The notes: generated by a model not told the origin, from the sequence alone. Numbered from the stretch's first letter, positions 7,817-18,866 are shown. The stretch: 64,000 nt of DNA from Gemmatimonadota bacterium (GCA_034521595.1 JAXHMG010000003.1:832001-896000); one strand, 5' to 3'. Numbers and translations: made by a program.

Positions 7817-10678
7817 ATGCAGGTTATCGAGCTGGCAGAAGACCTGAGGGTCGAGGCCGACGCCTTGGTCGCGCTCCTCCGAAAGATGGGGATTCCCGTC
7901 GCGGACGAGCGGGCGACGATCACGGACGGCGAGAAGGCCAAGGTCCTGGCGAAGGTGGAACGGGAGCGTAGGGCGGGTCGCGAGGACCCGGCCGAGGCGA
8001 TTCGTGCTGCTCTGGAGGAAGCCGCTTCCAGCTCGGGGCGTCGTCGCCGCCGGCGACGGCGGAGCGAGCCCGAGCCCGAGGAGCCTGAACCGGTCGAGGC
8101 CGAAGCGGCCGAGGCCGAGATCGAAGCGCCCGAGCCCGAAGCGGCCCAACCGGAGCCCGAAGAGGCCGAAGTCGAGCCCGAGGCCGAAGCCGAGTCGGCC
8201 GAGCCCGTTTCCGAAGAGGCCGCCCCCGAAGCTCCGGAAGCCGACCTCGAGCCTGCCGAGGCCCCGGACGGAGAGCCGGATGAGGCCGTGAGCGACGCGG
8301 TCGAGGAAGAGGCGGAAGCGGTGGAGGAGGCCGAGCCCACCGACGAAGCGGTGGAGGCCGAGCCTTCCAGCGGTGGGGCCACGGTCGAGGAAGCGGCGGA
8401 AGAAGCTTCGGATCGCGACGAAGCCACGGTCGAGGAGGCCTCCGCAGCGGAGGATGCCGGCGCAGACGACGAGGGTGGCGCAACAGCAGAAGAAGCGACG
8501 GAACCCGAATCCGCTGCTGAATCGGAGGCGGCGGAAGGAGACGAAGGCGAGGAAGGCGCCAAGGCGCGACCGAAGCCGGCGTCAGCCCGGGCGGGTGCCC
8601 CGGAAGGGCCGACCCGCACGATTCGGAGGCCCACGCCGGCCCCCGCTGCGAGCGCTGGGCCGGGTGGCCAGGTTCGCATTCAGGCGGAAGGGTACACGCC
8701 CGACGGGCGCCGGAAGAGCAAGGACAAGAAGAAGGGCAAGAAGCGCCAGGGCGTCGACCAGGACGCGGTCCAGTCCAACATCCAGCGCGTGATGGCCGAG
8801 ATCAAGGGTGGCGGCGGTGGGAAGAAGCGTCGCCGAAAGGGCCAGCGTGTGTCGCAGGAGGAGCAGGAAGAGCAGGAAGAGCAAGAGCGCCAGGAGGAGG
8901 AAAAGGAGCGCACGACCGTGCGCGTGAACGAGTTCCTGACCGTGGCGGAGCTCTCCGAGCTCGTGGATGCGACCTCGACCGAGATCATCGGGTCGGCCTT
9001 CAAGAACCTCGGGCTGCTCGTGACCATCAACCAGCGGCTCGACTTCGATCAGATCGAGATGTTGCTCGACGAGTTCGGGTACACGGCGGTACGGGAAGAA
9101 GAGTACAGCAGCGAGCCGGTTACCGAGGAGATCGAGGATGCGCCGGAGGACCTGCGCCCCCGGCCACCGGTCGTGACCGTCATGGGGCACGTCGACCACG
9201 GAAAGACGCTCCTCCTCGACAAAATCCGGAAGGCGAACGTGGTGGCCGGCGAGGCCGGAGGCATCACGCAGCACATCGGCGCCTATCACGTGGAGCTTCC
9301 GGACGAGCGCAGCATCACGTTCCTCGATACGCCCGGACACGCGGCGTTTACCGCCATGCGGGCACGCGGGGCGGACGTGACCGACGTGGTGATCCTCCTC
9401 GTCGCGGCGGACGATTCCGTCATGCCTCAGACGGCCGAAGCGATCAGCCACGCGAAGAACGCCGGCGTGCCGATGGTCGTCGCGATCAACAAATGTGACC
9501 TGCCGGCGGCGGATCCGAACCGCGTCAAGCAGGAGCTCTTGCAGCACACGGTGAACGTCGAGGACTTCGGCGGTGACACGCTGGTTGCGGAGGTGTCGGC
9601 GAAGACCGGTGAGGGGATCGACGACCTGCTCGAGAAGGTGCTCCTCCAGGCCGAGATTCTCGAGCTGAAGGCGAATCCCAACCGTTTGGCGGAAGGGGCG
9701 GTCGTCGAAGCACAGCTGGACGTCGGGAAAGGACCGGTGGTGTCCGTTCTCGTACAGAAGGGGACGTTGCGCGTGGGGGAGTCCTTTATGTGCGGGCTCT
9801 ACGACGGGCGTGTGCGAGCCCTCCTGGACGAGCGTGGGAACTCGGTCGAGAAAGCCGTCCCGGGCACACCCGTCCAGGTGCTCGGCGCGAGCGGGGTGCC
9901 CCAAGCCGGAGATACCTTCCAGGTCATGGACGCCGATACCGCGGCGGAGACTGCGGCGACCCGCCAGCGGCTCGATCGCGAGAAGCAGCTCAGGATCCGG
10001 GAGCGCGGGGTCAAGCTCGGCGACTTCGGAGCCCTGGTCGCGGCCGGTGAGGTTTCGCGGCTGCCGCTGGTCATCAAGGGTGACGTGGACGGCTCCGTAC
10101 AGGCGCTTTCCGACGCGCTCGAGCAGCTGAGCGGGGACGAGGTCCAGGTGGACATCATCCATCGGGGCGTGGGAGCAATCAACGAGTCCGACGTGTTGCT
10201 GGCCGAGACGGCCGGAGCGGTCGTGATCGGCTTCCGCGTGCGGCCGCAGCCCGCGGCTCGACAGGAAGCCGAGCGCAACGACATCGACATTCACGTCTAC
10301 GATGTGATTTACGAGGCCGTGGACGAGGTGGCGGCGGCGTTGGAAGGCATGCTGTCGCCGGAGAAGCGCGAGGCGGTCGAGGGGACGGCCGAGGTCCGCG
10401 AGGTCTTCAGGGTGAGCAAAGTCGGCACTATCGCGGGCTGTTATGTGACGGAAGGGCGGATCGACCGAAAGGGCAGGGCGCGCGTGGTGCGTGAAGGCGT
10501 CGTGGTGTACGACGGCGAGATCGGCTCCCTCAAGCGATTCAAGGACGATGTCAAGGAAGTTCGCGAGGGCTTCGAATGTGGCATCGGCGTCGCCAACTTC
10601 AACGACGTCAAGGTCGGGGACCTGATCGAGTGTTACACCGTGACCGAGGTCGCCAGGAAGCTCGAGAGAACCAACTGA
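7817..10678 (+). CDS. infB: Translation initiation factor IF-2
   Basis: [61 protein letters not shown]. Confidence 0.98.
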   Translation: MQVIELAEDLRVEADALVALLRKMGIPVADERATITDGEKAKVLAKVERERRAGREDPAEAIRAALEEAASSSGRRRRRRRRSEPEPEEPEPVEAEAAEAEIEAPEPEAAQPEPEEAEVEPEAEAESAEPVSEEAAPEAPEADLEPAEAPDGEPDEAVSDAVEEEAEAVEEAEPTDEAVEAEPSSGGATVEEAAEEASDRDEATVEEASAAEDAGADDEGGATAEEATEPESAAESEAAEGDEGEEGAKARPKPASARAGAPEGPTRTIRRPTPAPAASAGPGGQVRIQAEGYTPDGRRKSKDKKKGKKRQGVDQDAVQSNIQRVMAEIKGGGGGKKRRRKGQRVSQEEQEEQEEQERQEEEKERTTVRVNEFLTVAELSELVDATSTEIIGSAFKNLGLLVTINQRLDFDQIEMLLDEFGYTAVREEEYSSEPVTEEIEDAPEDLRPRPPVVTVMGHVDHGKTLLLDKIRKANVVAGEAGGITQHIGAYHVELPDERSITFLDTPGHAAFTAMRARGADVTDVVILLVAADDSVMPQTAEAISHAKNAGVPMVVAINKCDLPAADPNRVKQELLQHTVNVEDFGGDTLVAEVSAKTGEGIDDLLEKVLLQAEILELKANPNRLAEGAVVEAQLDVGKGPVVSVLVQKGTLRVGESFMCGLYDGRVRALLDERGNSVEKAVPGTPVQVLGASGVPQAGDTFQVMDADTAAETAATRQRLDREKQLRIRERGVKLGDFGALVAAGEVSRLPLVIKGDVDGSVQALSDALEQLSGDEVQVDIIHRGVGAINESDVLLAETAGAVVIGFRVRPQPAARQEAERNDIDIHVYDVIYEAVDEVAAALEGMLSPEKREAVEGTAEVREVFRVSKVGTIAGCYVTEGRIDRKGRARVVREGVVVYDGEIGSLKRFKDDVKEVREGFECGIGVANFNDVKVGDLIECYTVTEVARKLERTN

Positions 10679-10699
10679 GGCAGGCCTTGGGGGGATCCC

Positions 10700-10981
10700 A
10701 TGGTGGTCGTGTCCATGACCTGGGAGCTATCCCTTCCAGGCTGTTCGTCGCTGAAGCAAAAGCGGTCCGTGCTTCGGTCCCTGCGGGATCGGCTTCGGAG
10801 CCGGTTCAACGTCTCGGTTGCCGAGACCGGCCTCCAGGATGTGTGGGATCGCGGCCTGCTGACGATCGCGCTGGTCGCTACCGACGGCCGAATGGCGGAG
10901 TCCGTGTTGGATCGTGCCGACCGTCTCGTCGAAGAACACGGTGGCGCGCTGATTCTCGAGGTACGACGTGAACGCTATTAG
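10700..10981 (+). CDS. DUF503 (YlxP-like) protein
   Basis: LPGCSSLKQKRSVL...RFNVSVAE; conserved position between infB and rbfA. Confidence 0.88.
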   Translation: MVVVSMTWELSLPGCSSLKQKRSVLRSLRDRLRSRFNVSVAETGLQDVWDRGLLTIALVATDGRMAESVLDRADRLVEEHGGALILEVRRERY

Positions 10982-10996
10982 GGTCTACGATCTTGC

Positions 10997-11389
10997 ATGA
11001 CTAGCCGGCACCGTCTCGCTCGTCTGAACGAGCAACTGAAGCGCGAGCTCGCGGAGCTGATTCGTACGGACGTTAGAGATCCTCGCGTCGGGCTCGTCAC
11101 CGTCACGGACGTCGATGTGACGTCCGATCTGAGTGTCGCGCGCGTCTACGTGCGGGCGCTCGGGGAGACCGAAGAGGTCGACGAGGCGCTTGCGGGGCTC
11201 GAAGCAGCTGCGCCGTTCTTGCGCGGTAGCTTGGGGAAGGAGCTCAGCATACGTCGGATCCCCGAGCTCCGTTTTCAGCGGGACCGATCCCTGGAGCACG
11301 CCACGCGCATCGAGGAGATCCTTTCGGAGGTCCTCCCCGAGGACGAACCGGCGGACGACTCCGACGAAGGGGGAGGGCCGGACGGGTGA
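10997..11389 (+). CDS. rbfA: Ribosome-binding factor A
   Basis: DPRVGLVTVTDVDVTSDLSVARVY, RRIPELRFQRDRS. Confidence 0.95.
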   Translation: MTSRHRLARLNEQLKRELAELIRTDVRDPRVGLVTVTDVDVTSDLSVARVYVRALGETEEVDEALAGLEAAAPFLRGSLGKELSIRRIPELRFQRDRSLEHATRIEEILSEVLPEDEPADDSDEGGGPDG

Positions 11390-12264
11390 GCTTGGGCCCT
11401 GCGGGCGCCGTGCTCCCAGTGGACAAACCGGTCGGTCCGACCTCGCACGACATGGTGGCGGTCGTCCGGCGCGCGCTCGGAATCCGTAAGGTCGGGCATA
11501 CGGGCACGCTCGATCCCTTCGCATCCGGCCTCTTGCTGGTGTGCCTCGGACGCGCCACACGGATCGCCGAGTACCTTACGGGCTTGGACAAGGAGTACGT
11601 CGCGACGGCCGAGCTGGGCGTGGCCACGACCACGGACGACGCCGAGGGCGACGTGGTCGAGGAACACCGGGGTTGGGCAGCGCTCGATCCCTCACGGATC
11701 GCCCGGGAGCTCGCGACGTTCGTGGGGACGTTGGAACAGGTCCCTCCGCAATACTCCGCGAAGAAGGTGCGCGGAGAGGCGATGTACCGCCGCGCGCGCC
11801 GGGGCGAACAGGTGGAGCTCCAGCCCAACCGGGTGAACATCCGTGACGCGGAGCTTCTGTGGGTCGACCTGCCCCGGGTCCGGTTCCGCATCCGCTGCTC
11901 CAGCGGCACCTATGTTCGCGCGGTGGCTCGGGACCTGGGGAACGCCCTCGGGGTGGGCGGACACTTGACCGAGCTGCGAAGAACGTCGGTGGGAGGATTC
12001 GGCGTCGGGGAGGCTGTTCATCCGGACGCGCTCGCGGATCTCGACAGTGTGTCCTCGTCCCTGCTGGATCCGCTCGGGGCGCTCGCCCACATGCCTACCT
12101 GGGCCGTCGAGGACGAGATCGCGGGACGCTTGCGACACGGCCAACGCGTGCGGTACTCGGGTCCCCCTGCCGCGGGACCGCTGACCGTGGCGTCCGGCCG
12201 GGAGCTGGTCGCGGTGGGACACGTCTCCGAAGGCGTTTTCAAGCCCTCGAAGGTCTTCTCGTGA
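11386..12264 (+). CDS. truB: tRNA pseudouridine(55) synthase
   Basis: DKPVGPTSHD, KVGHTGTLDPFASGLL, QVPPQYSAKK, CSSGTYVR. Confidence 0.96.
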   Translation: MSLGPAGAVLPVDKPVGPTSHDMVAVVRRALGIRKVGHTGTLDPFASGLLLVCLGRATRIAEYLTGLDKEYVATAELGVATTTDDAEGDVVEEHRGWAALDPSRIARELATFVGTLEQVPPQYSAKKVRGEAMYRRARRGEQVELQPNRVNIRDAELLWVDLPRVRFRIRCSSGTYVRAVARDLGNALGVGGHLTELRRTSVGGFGVGEAVHPDALADLDSVSSSLLDPLGALAHMPTWAVEDEIAGRLRHGQRVRYSGPPAAGPLTVASGRELVAVGHVSEGVFKPSKVFS

Positions 12265-13208
12265 GTGCCGCGCCGGTGCAGTGGCGGTATCCCCCGGGGA
12301 TCCCGTCCGACAAGGGAACGGTGGCCACGGTGGGTACCTTCGACGGTGTGCACCTCGGGCACCGCAAGGTCCTCGACGAGATCGGGGCCAAGGCAGAGGC
12401 GTCCGACCGTCGCAGCGTGCTCGTGACGTTCGATCCGCACCCGCTTCGGGTCGTGCGCCCGGACGATGCGCCGCCCCTGTTGACCACGCCGGTCGAGAAG
12501 AAGGAGATCCTGGCTCAGACCGCCCTCGATCTAGCCGTGTTCGTGCGGTTCACGGAAACGCTGTCCCGCTATGAGCCTCGGAGGTTCGTAGAGGAGGTCC
12601 TCGTCGGTCGTCTCGGCGTGGAGGAGCTCGTTATCGGATACGATCACGGCTTCGGGCGGGACCGCAGCGGCGATGCCGATACGATCAAGCGAATGGGCGA
12701 CGAGCTCGGTTTCTCGGTGGACGTGGTCGCGCCCGTATCCGTCGGGGGGCGGACCATCTCTTCGTCGCGGATCCGCAATGCTCTGGCGGACCACGACGTG
12801 CGTGACGCCCGAGCGTGCCTGGGTCGGCCCTACGCCGTCAGGGGGGTGGTCGTGCGAGGCGAGGGACGGGGGCAGGAGCTGGGATTTCCCACGGCCAATC
12901 TCCACGTGAGCGATCGCGACAAGCTGGTGCCTCCACCCGGGGTGTACGCGGTGTGGGGGCTGTTGCGGAAAGGGAGTGGGTACCCCGGTGCCCTCCACAT
13001 CGGGCCGAGGCCGACCTTTCGAGGCTCCCCTCCGACGATCGAGCTGCACCTGATCGGCTTCGAGGGTGACCTGTACGGCGAGGAGATCCGGGTCGAGTTC
13101 GTGGACCATTTACGGGGTGTCCATCCTTTCTCGAGTGTGGACGCCCTCATCGATCAGCTACGCGAAGATGTGGATGCCGCTGCGAAAGCGGTGGACGCGG
13201 ACCGGTGA
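12261..13208 (+). CDS. ribF: Bifunctional riboflavin kinase/FAD synthetase
   Basis: GTFDGVHLGH, TFDPHP, GYDHGFG, ISSSRIR, GFPTAN; GTG overlaps the truB stop. Confidence 0.95.
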   Translation: MSAAPVQWRYPPGIPSDKGTVATVGTFDGVHLGHRKVLDEIGAKAEASDRRSVLVTFDPHPLRVVRPDDAPPLLTTPVEKKEILAQTALDLAVFVRFTETLSRYEPRRFVEEVLVGRLGVEELVIGYDHGFGRDRSGDADTIKRMGDELGFSVDVVAPVSVGGRTISSSRIRNALADHDVRDARACLGRPYAVRGVVVRGEGRGQELGFPTANLHVSDRDKLVPPPGVYAVWGLLRKGSGYPGALHIGPRPTFRGSPPTIELHLIGFEGDLYGEEIRVEFVDHLRGVHPFSSVDALIDQLREDVDAAAKAVDADR

Positions 13209-13313
13209 ATGACGTAGCTTCTCAGGCTCGAATCCCGGCGTCACCGACCTGCTTGTTCGGCGACGCCCCTCGCTTCCCTTGTAGCGTTGACTCTCGCGGA
13301 GGCTGATACGCCA

Positions 13314-13574
13314 ATGGTTATCGTGAAAGAAGACATCATCAAGAAGCACCAGCTCCACGAGAACGACCGTGGAAGCGCACCCGTACAGATCGCGCTCCTG
13401 ACGGCGAGAATCGACGACTTGCGGGGACATTTCGACAAGCACAAGCAGGACCATCACAGCCGTCGGGGGCTCCTCAAGATGGTCGGTCGACGCCGTCGGC
13501 TGCTGGAGTACCTGCGACGTACCGACGTGGAAAGATACCGGGAGCTCATCGCAGATCTCGGCCTTCGACACTAG
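13314..13574 (+). CDS. rpsO: 30S ribosomal protein S15
   Basis: [13 protein letters not shown]...[30 protein letters not shown] at 13298-13302. Confidence 0.97.
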   Translation: MVIVKEDIIKKHQLHENDRGSAPVQIALLTARIDDLRGHFDKHKQDHHSRRGLLKMVGRRRRLLEYLRRTDVERYRELIADLGLRH

Positions 13575-13584
13575 ATGGATGTTC

Positions 13585-13622
13585 GGGCGACCGGAGCCGA
13601 GAAGCTCCGGTCGCCTGTTTTT
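13585..13622 (+). terminator. Intrinsic terminator after rpsO
   Basis: GGGCGACCGGAGC-cgagaa-GCTCCGGTCGCCT followed by GTTTTT. Confidence 0.85.
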
Positions 13623-13798
13623 GTACCGGACGCGAGCATGCGTCGGATGAGAGACGGCCTCTCGATTCGCTGCAGAACGGGCTTCACGCCGAGGCGTGCC
13701 CCGGCGGCGGTCGCTCTCTTCTCCGGACCCGCTAACGCTTCGGTACTCGACGAGAGGTCGGGGAAACGCCCCGGCCCAACCCGAAGTGAGTTGATCAA

Positions 13799-15934
13799 AT
13801 GATCCAGAGGTTAGAACGTCAGTTTGCCGGGCGCACCCTTTCGCTCGAGTTCGGTCGCATGGCCAAGCTCGCGCAAGGGTCTTGCTTGGTGCAGCATGGG
13901 GACACCGTCATCCTCTGCACCGCCACGGTGCAGGACCACCCCACCCACCTTCCCTTCTTCCCCCTCACGGTCGAATACCGCGAGAAAAGCTATGCTGCCG
14001 GGAAGATCCCGGGTGGCTTCTTCAAGCGCGAAGGTCGGCCGGGGGAGAAGGAGATCCTCTCCGCGCGGCAGATCGACCGCCCCATCCGGCCGCTGTTCCC
14101 GGAAGGGTTCATGAACGAGACGCAGGTCGCCTGCTTCATCCTGTCCGCCGATCAGGAAAACGACGCGGACGTGCTCGCGCTGGTGGGCGCCTCCGTCGCG
14201 CTCAAGATGTCGAAGATCCCGTTCAACACCGCGGTCGCTTCGGTGCGGGTCGGGCGCATCAAGGACAACTGGGTGATCAACCCGACGTTCCAGCAGCTCG
14301 AGTACTCGGACGTCGATATCGTGGTGGCGGGGACGGCCGAGGCCATCACGATGGTGGAAGGCGGCTCCGTCGAGATTGCCGAATCCGAGATCCTCGAGGG
14401 GCTCAAAGTCGCTCACGACGCCATCAAGGAGTTGTGCGCGTTGCAGGAGGAGCTCCTCTCCGGGCACAACGTTCCGGACATGGATTGGACGGCCTTGGAG
14501 CCGGATCCGGACCTACGGGCTCGTGTGGAGGACCTCGCCGAGTCGAAGGTGTCGGAGGCGATGGACCTCCAGGAAAAGTCCGAGCGTCAACAGGCGATGG
14601 CGGCGGTGCGTGAGGACATCTCCTCCGCTCTCAGCACGGAAGAGGACTGGTCCGACCACGAGAAGGACGTGGGCGAGATCCTGCGGTCCATCGAGAAGAA
14701 GACGATGCGCCGGAACATCCTCGAGAGCGGGGAGCGAGCCGACGGCCGCGGATTGGACGACATCCGACCCATCTCTTCGGAGGTCGGCGTGTTGCCGCGC
14801 ACCCATGGCTCCTCGCTCTTCACACGGGGTCAGACGCAGGCGCTCGGGGTCGTGACGTTGGGCACCGCCAGAGACGAGCAGCGCATCGACTCGATCGACG
14901 CGTTGGAGGAAGTCTCCAAGTCCTTCATGCTCCACTACAACTTCCCTCCTTTCTGTGTCGGAGAGGCGAAGCCGTACCGCGGCACCTCCCGCCGCGAAGT
15001 CGGCCACGGTAATCTCGCGGAGCGCGCGATCCAGCCGATGCTTCCGGCTTACGACGATTTCCCCTACACGATCCGCATCGTGTCGGATATTCTGGAATCC
15101 AACGGGTCCTCGTCGATGGCCACGGTGTGCGCATCGTCGCTCTCGCTCATGGACGCGGGGGTGCCGATCCGCAAGCCCTTGGCCGGGATCGCGATGGGGC
15201 TCATCAAGGAAGGCGACGACGTCGCGATCCTCACGGATATTCTCGGGCTCGAAGACGCGCTCGGCGACATGGACTTCAAGGTGGCCGGGACCGCCGACGG
15301 CATCACCTCGATTCAGATGGACATCAAGATCGAGGGACTGACGTTCGAGATCATTCAGGACGCCCTGGATCGCGCGAAGAAAGCGCGGCTGCACATCCTC
15401 GAGCTCATGAACCAGACGATCTCCGAGGCGCGGACGGAGCTTTCGCCCTACGCCCCGCAGATCATCTCCATTCAGATCAATCCCGAGAAGATCGGGGAGA
15501 TCATCGGGCCCAAGGGTAAGACGATTCGGGCCATTCAGGAGGAGTCCGGCGCTCAGATCGACATCGACGACGCCGGCGTCGTGAAGATCGCGGCCGTGTC
15601 CGGTGACACCGGACGACGTGCCCGCGAGATGATCGAAGCCATCGTTCAGGATCCGGAGGTCGGGCGCATCTACGAAGGTCCGGTCAAGAACACGACCACC
15701 TTCGGCGCCTTCATCGAGATCATGCCCGGCACCGAGGGGCTCTGTCACATCTCCGAGCTCCAGGAGAGCCGGACGGAAAAGACCGAAGATGTCTTGAAGA
15801 AGGGAGACATCACTCGTGTCAAGCTACTCTCCATCGACGAGAAGGGGCGCCTGCGCCTGTCCCGTAAGGCCGCGTTGGCCGAGGAAGGTGGGGCGTCGGA
15901 TGCCACGGCGGAGGCGGATGAAGCCCGAGTTTGA
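13799..15934 (+). CDS. pnp: Polyribonucleotide nucleotidyltransferase (PNPase)
   Basis: FFPLTVEYREK, GKIPGGFFKREG, RTHGSSLFTRGQTQ, ESNGSSSMA, GDMDFKVAG, KH and S1 domains. Confidence 0.98.
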   Translation: MIQRLERQFAGRTLSLEFGRMAKLAQGSCLVQHGDTVILCTATVQDHPTHLPFFPLTVEYREKSYAAGKIPGGFFKREGRPGEKEILSARQIDRPIRPLFPEGFMNETQVACFILSADQENDADVLALVGASVALKMSKIPFNTAVASVRVGRIKDNWVINPTFQQLEYSDVDIVVAGTAEAITMVEGGSVEIAESEILEGLKVAHDAIKELCALQEELLSGHNVPDMDWTALEPDPDLRARVEDLAESKVSEAMDLQEKSERQQAMAAVREDISSALSTEEDWSDHEKDVGEILRSIEKKTMRRNILESGERADGRGLDDIRPISSEVGVLPRTHGSSLFTRGQTQALGVVTLGTARDEQRIDSIDALEEVSKSFMLHYNFPPFCVGEAKPYRGTSRREVGHGNLAERAIQPMLPAYDDFPYTIRIVSDILESNGSSSMATVCASSLSLMDAGVPIRKPLAGIAMGLIKEGDDVAILTDILGLEDALGDMDFKVAGTADGITSIQMDIKIEGLTFEIIQDALDRAKKARLHILELMNQTISEARTELSPYAPQIISIQINPEKIGEIIGPKGKTIRAIQEESGAQIDIDDAGVVKIAAVSGDTGRRAREMIEAIVQDPEVGRIYEGPVKNTTTFGAFIEIMPGTEGLCHISELQESRTEKTEDVLKKGDITRVKLLSIDEKGRLRLSRKAALAEEGGASDATAEADEARV

Positions 15935-15960
15935 GCATGCCGGTTCGCGGACGGTAGGCC

Positions 15961-16004
15961 GGAGGAGCCACGGGCATCAGCCCGTGCGCTCCTCCGCGTC
16001 GTTT
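15961..16004 (+). terminator. Hairpin after pnp (terminator or processing stem)
   Basis: GGAGGAGC-CACGGGC-atca-GCCCGTG-C-GCTCCTCC with a weak T tail. Confidence 0.5.
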
Positions 16005-17294
16005 GTGGCACAAGCCACGGACCCGGGTTCGGCCACGAGCGACGCGATCGTGCGGACCACGCTCGACAACGGCGTGGTCGTGATCAGCGAGCGTATACCG
16101 GGCGTCCGCTCGGTCGCGACCGGGGTCTGGATCCGACACGGCGGAGCGCACGAGACGGAAGAGCAGGGGGGCGCCAGCCACCTGCTCGAGCACATGGTGT
16201 TCAAGGGCACGCGCCGCCGGACCGCGGGCGATCTCGCGTTGGCGCTCGAGCGGCTCGGAGGCTCCCTCGACGCGTATACGACCCGCGAGCACACCGCCTT
16301 TCAGGCGCGGGTGCTGGACGAACACTTCTCCGAGGCGCTGGACGTTTTGTCGGATCTGGTGCTGGAGCCACGGCTGGCCGCCGCCGACCTGGAGGTGGAG
16401 CGCGAGGTCGTCCTCGAGGAGATCGCACAGGTGGAGGATACGCCGGACGACCTCGTGTTCGAGCTCCACGCCGAGCGATTTTGGCGGGGCCATCCATACG
16501 GCCGGCCCATTCTGGGGACGACCGACTCGGTCTCGGCCATGACGGAAGCTCAGCTTCTCGAGCTCCACGGGGAGCGTTATACGGGGAGAAACTTGGTGCT
16601 CGCGGTTGCGGGCAACGTCGAGCACGACGAGGTGCTGGAACGTGCCACGGAGCTCTTCGGTGACGTGCCGGAGGGTGAGCGAGCTCCGCCGGTCGAGGCG
16701 CCCACCGATCCGATGCGCGGTGGCGAGGTCGTGAACCGGCCGTCTGCTCAGACCCACCTGGTGTTCGGCACGGACATCCCGGGTCGAGCGCACCCCGACC
16801 GGTACGCGCATATTTTGCTGTCGGCCGCCCTGGGTGGAGGCATGAGCTCGCGCTTGTTTCAGAGAGTCAGGGAATCCATGGGTCTCTGTTACACGGTGTT
16901 CAGCTTCCAGTCGTTCCTCCGTGCGCGAGGGGTTTCGGGCGTGTACGTGGGTACCCGACCGGGTACCGCCACGCGGGCAGAGGAAGCGGTGCGCCAGGAG
17001 CTCGATCTTCTTGCTCGCGACGGTCTCAGTGGTGTCGAGCTGGAGGACATACGGCGCCAGGTGAAGGGCCAGATCATGCTCGCACTCGAATCCCCGGTTG
17101 CGCGGCTCGATCGGCTGGCCTCACTGGAGCTGCACGACGAGCCGTTCACCGGACTCGACGAGCTCCTCGCCCGAATTGATGCTGTGACGCAGGACGATGT
17201 CCGCCGCATCGCGCGGGAGGATTACGGAGCCGATCGCCACTTCACGCTGGCGTTGGGCCCGGTCGAATCCGGTACTTCGGAAGCGGGGAGATAA
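16005..17294 (+). CDS. M16 (pitrilysin) family zinc peptidase
   Basis: Inverted zincin HLLEH, LDAYTTREHT, LGGGMSSRLFQRVRE; start uncertain (GTG 16005 or ATG 15918). Confidence 0.92.
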   Translation: MAQATDPGSATSDAIVRTTLDNGVVVISERIPGVRSVATGVWIRHGGAHETEEQGGASHLLEHMVFKGTRRRTAGDLALALERLGGSLDAYTTREHTAFQARVLDEHFSEALDVLSDLVLEPRLAAADLEVEREVVLEEIAQVEDTPDDLVFELHAERFWRGHPYGRPILGTTDSVSAMTEAQLLELHGERYTGRNLVLAVAGNVEHDEVLERATELFGDVPEGERAPPVEAPTDPMRGGEVVNRPSAQTHLVFGTDIPGRAHPDRYAHILLSAALGGGMSSRLFQRVRESMGLCYTVFSFQSFLRARGVSGVYVGTRPGTATRAEEAVRQELDLLARDGLSGVELEDIRRQVKGQIMLALESPVARLDRLASLELHDEPFTGLDELLARIDAVTQDDVRRIAREDYGADRHFTLALGPVESGTSEAGR

Positions 17295-17295
17295 C

Positions 17296-18426
17296 GTGCG
17301 CATCGGCGTGCCCCGTGAGATCAAGCCCGACGAATATCGTGTGGCTCTGACGCCGGCGGGTGCCGAAGACCTGACACGTGCCGGCCACGATGTCGTGGTG
17401 GAGGCCGGTGCCGGGATCGGGAGTGGGTTCACGGACGACTTCTACGAGGGAGCCGGCGCGCGTGTGCTGGCTTCGGCCTCGGACGTGTGGGCCGAGTGCG
17501 AGATGATCCTCAAGGTGAAGGAGCCCGGCGACTCCGAGTGGGCCCATATGCGCGCCGGTCAAGTGGTCTTCACGTACTTCCATTTCGCGGCGTCGGAAGA
17601 TCTGACCCGGGCGGTGGTGGATTCGGGCGCCGTGGCGATCGCATACGAGACCGTGGAGCTGGATAGCGGGGAGTTACCCCTGCTCACGCCGATGAGCGAG
17701 GTGGCCGGGCGGATGTCCGTGCAGCAGGGCGCGAAGTACCTGGAAAAGCCGCAAGGAGGGCTGGGCGTTCTGCTGGGTGGCGTGCCCGGTGTGTTCTCGG
17801 GGAAGGTCCTGATCCTGGGAGGCGGCGTGGTAGGTACGAACGCCGCGAAGATCGCGGCCGGGCTCGGAGCGAGAGTGTCGATCATGGACATCGACCTCCA
17901 ACGGCTCCGCTATCTGGACGACGTCATGCCCGCCAATGTTCAGGGGCTCTTCAGCACGCGCTATGGCATTCGGAAGCAGGTGGAAGACGCCGACCTCGTG
18001 ATCGGGGCCGTGCTCATCCCGGGGGCGAAGGCTCCCAAGCTCGTCGAGGCCGACGACCTGAAGCGGATGCGGCCCGGAACCGTGATCGTGGATGTTGCCG
18101 TGGATCAGGGCGGTTGCGTGGAAACCATCCGGCCCACGACCCACCACGACCCGGTGTACGTCGTGGACGACGTGATCCATTACGGGGTCGCGAACATGCC
18201 GGGCGGCGTTCCACGCACGAGCACGTTGGCCCTCACCAATGCGACGCTCCCGTACGTACACGCTCTTGCGCGAAAGGGATGGCGCCGGGCGTGTGGGGAC
18301 GACGGAGCCCTGCGCAAGGGCCTGAACATCGTCGAGGGACGCGTGACCTATGCTGGAGTGGCGGACGCTTTCTCGCTGGAATGCACCCCCGTGGATGAGG
18401 TCATCCTGGGGACGAGCCGCGCATGA
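17296..18426 (+). CDS. ald: Alanine dehydrogenase
   Basis: RIGVPREIK..EYRVALTP, LPLLTPMSEVAGR, GGGVVG, DVAVDQGGC, VANMPG. Confidence 0.95.
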   Translation: MRIGVPREIKPDEYRVALTPAGAEDLTRAGHDVVVEAGAGIGSGFTDDFYEGAGARVLASASDVWAECEMILKVKEPGDSEWAHMRAGQVVFTYFHFAASEDLTRAVVDSGAVAIAYETVELDSGELPLLTPMSEVAGRMSVQQGAKYLEKPQGGLGVLLGGVPGVFSGKVLILGGGVVGTNAAKIAAGLGARVSIMDIDLQRLRYLDDVMPANVQGLFSTRYGIRKQVEDADLVIGAVLIPGAKAPKLVEADDLKRMRPGTVIVDVAVDQGGCVETIRPTTHHDPVYVVDDVIHYGVANMPGGVPRTSTLALTNATLPYVHALARKGWRRACGDDGALRKGLNIVEGRVTYAGVADAFSLECTPVDEVILGTSRA

Positions 18427-18866
18427 GGGACCGGGTTCGCTTTACGCGTGTCGGGGACCAAGCGGATCTCCTGCCCCCGGCACGAGGCAGCGCCCGTGCC
18501 GCTGGATACGATGTTCGAGCGGCGGAGTCGGTGACGCTCGAACCCGGGGAGATTCGTCTCGTAGGTACGGGATTTGCACTCGAGTTGCCCGAGCACCTCG
18601 AGTGTCAGGTAAGGCCCAGATCCGGGCTTGCGCTCAAACACGGGATCACCGTTCCGAACAGTCCGGGAACGATCGATCCGGATTATAGGGGGGAGTTACG
18701 GATCATCCTGCAGAATTCGGGGTGTGAGACTGTCCGACTCGACCGCGGCGAACGGATCGCACAGCTCGTGTTCGCACGCTTCGAGACGCCGGAGCTCTCC
18801 GAAGTTTCTGTACTTTCCTCCACGGACCGGGGTGACGGTGGATTCGGCAGCACGGGCACCTCATGA
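18423..18866 (+). CDS. dut: dUTP diphosphatase
   Basis: AAGYD, RPRSGLA, GTIDPDYRGE, RIAQL, RGDGGFGSTG. Confidence 0.96.
   Translation: MRDRVRFTRVGDQADLLPPARGSARAAGYDVRAAESVTLEPGEIRLVGTGFALELPEHLECQVRPRSGLALKHGITVPNSPGTIDPDYRGELRIILQNSGCETVRLDRGERIAQLVFARFETPELSEVSVLSSTDRGDGGFGSTGTS

Noticed and set aside
8582-10294. 570-aa minus-strand ORF, and similar long antisense ORFs over pnp, mreB, clpB, the DinG gene and purH
   Set aside because: Mirror frames of well-identified + strand genes.
15978-15986. CAGCCCGTG match to the MITE TIR start
   Set aside because: Only 9 bp and part of the pnp downstream hairpin; no second element copy was found in the window.
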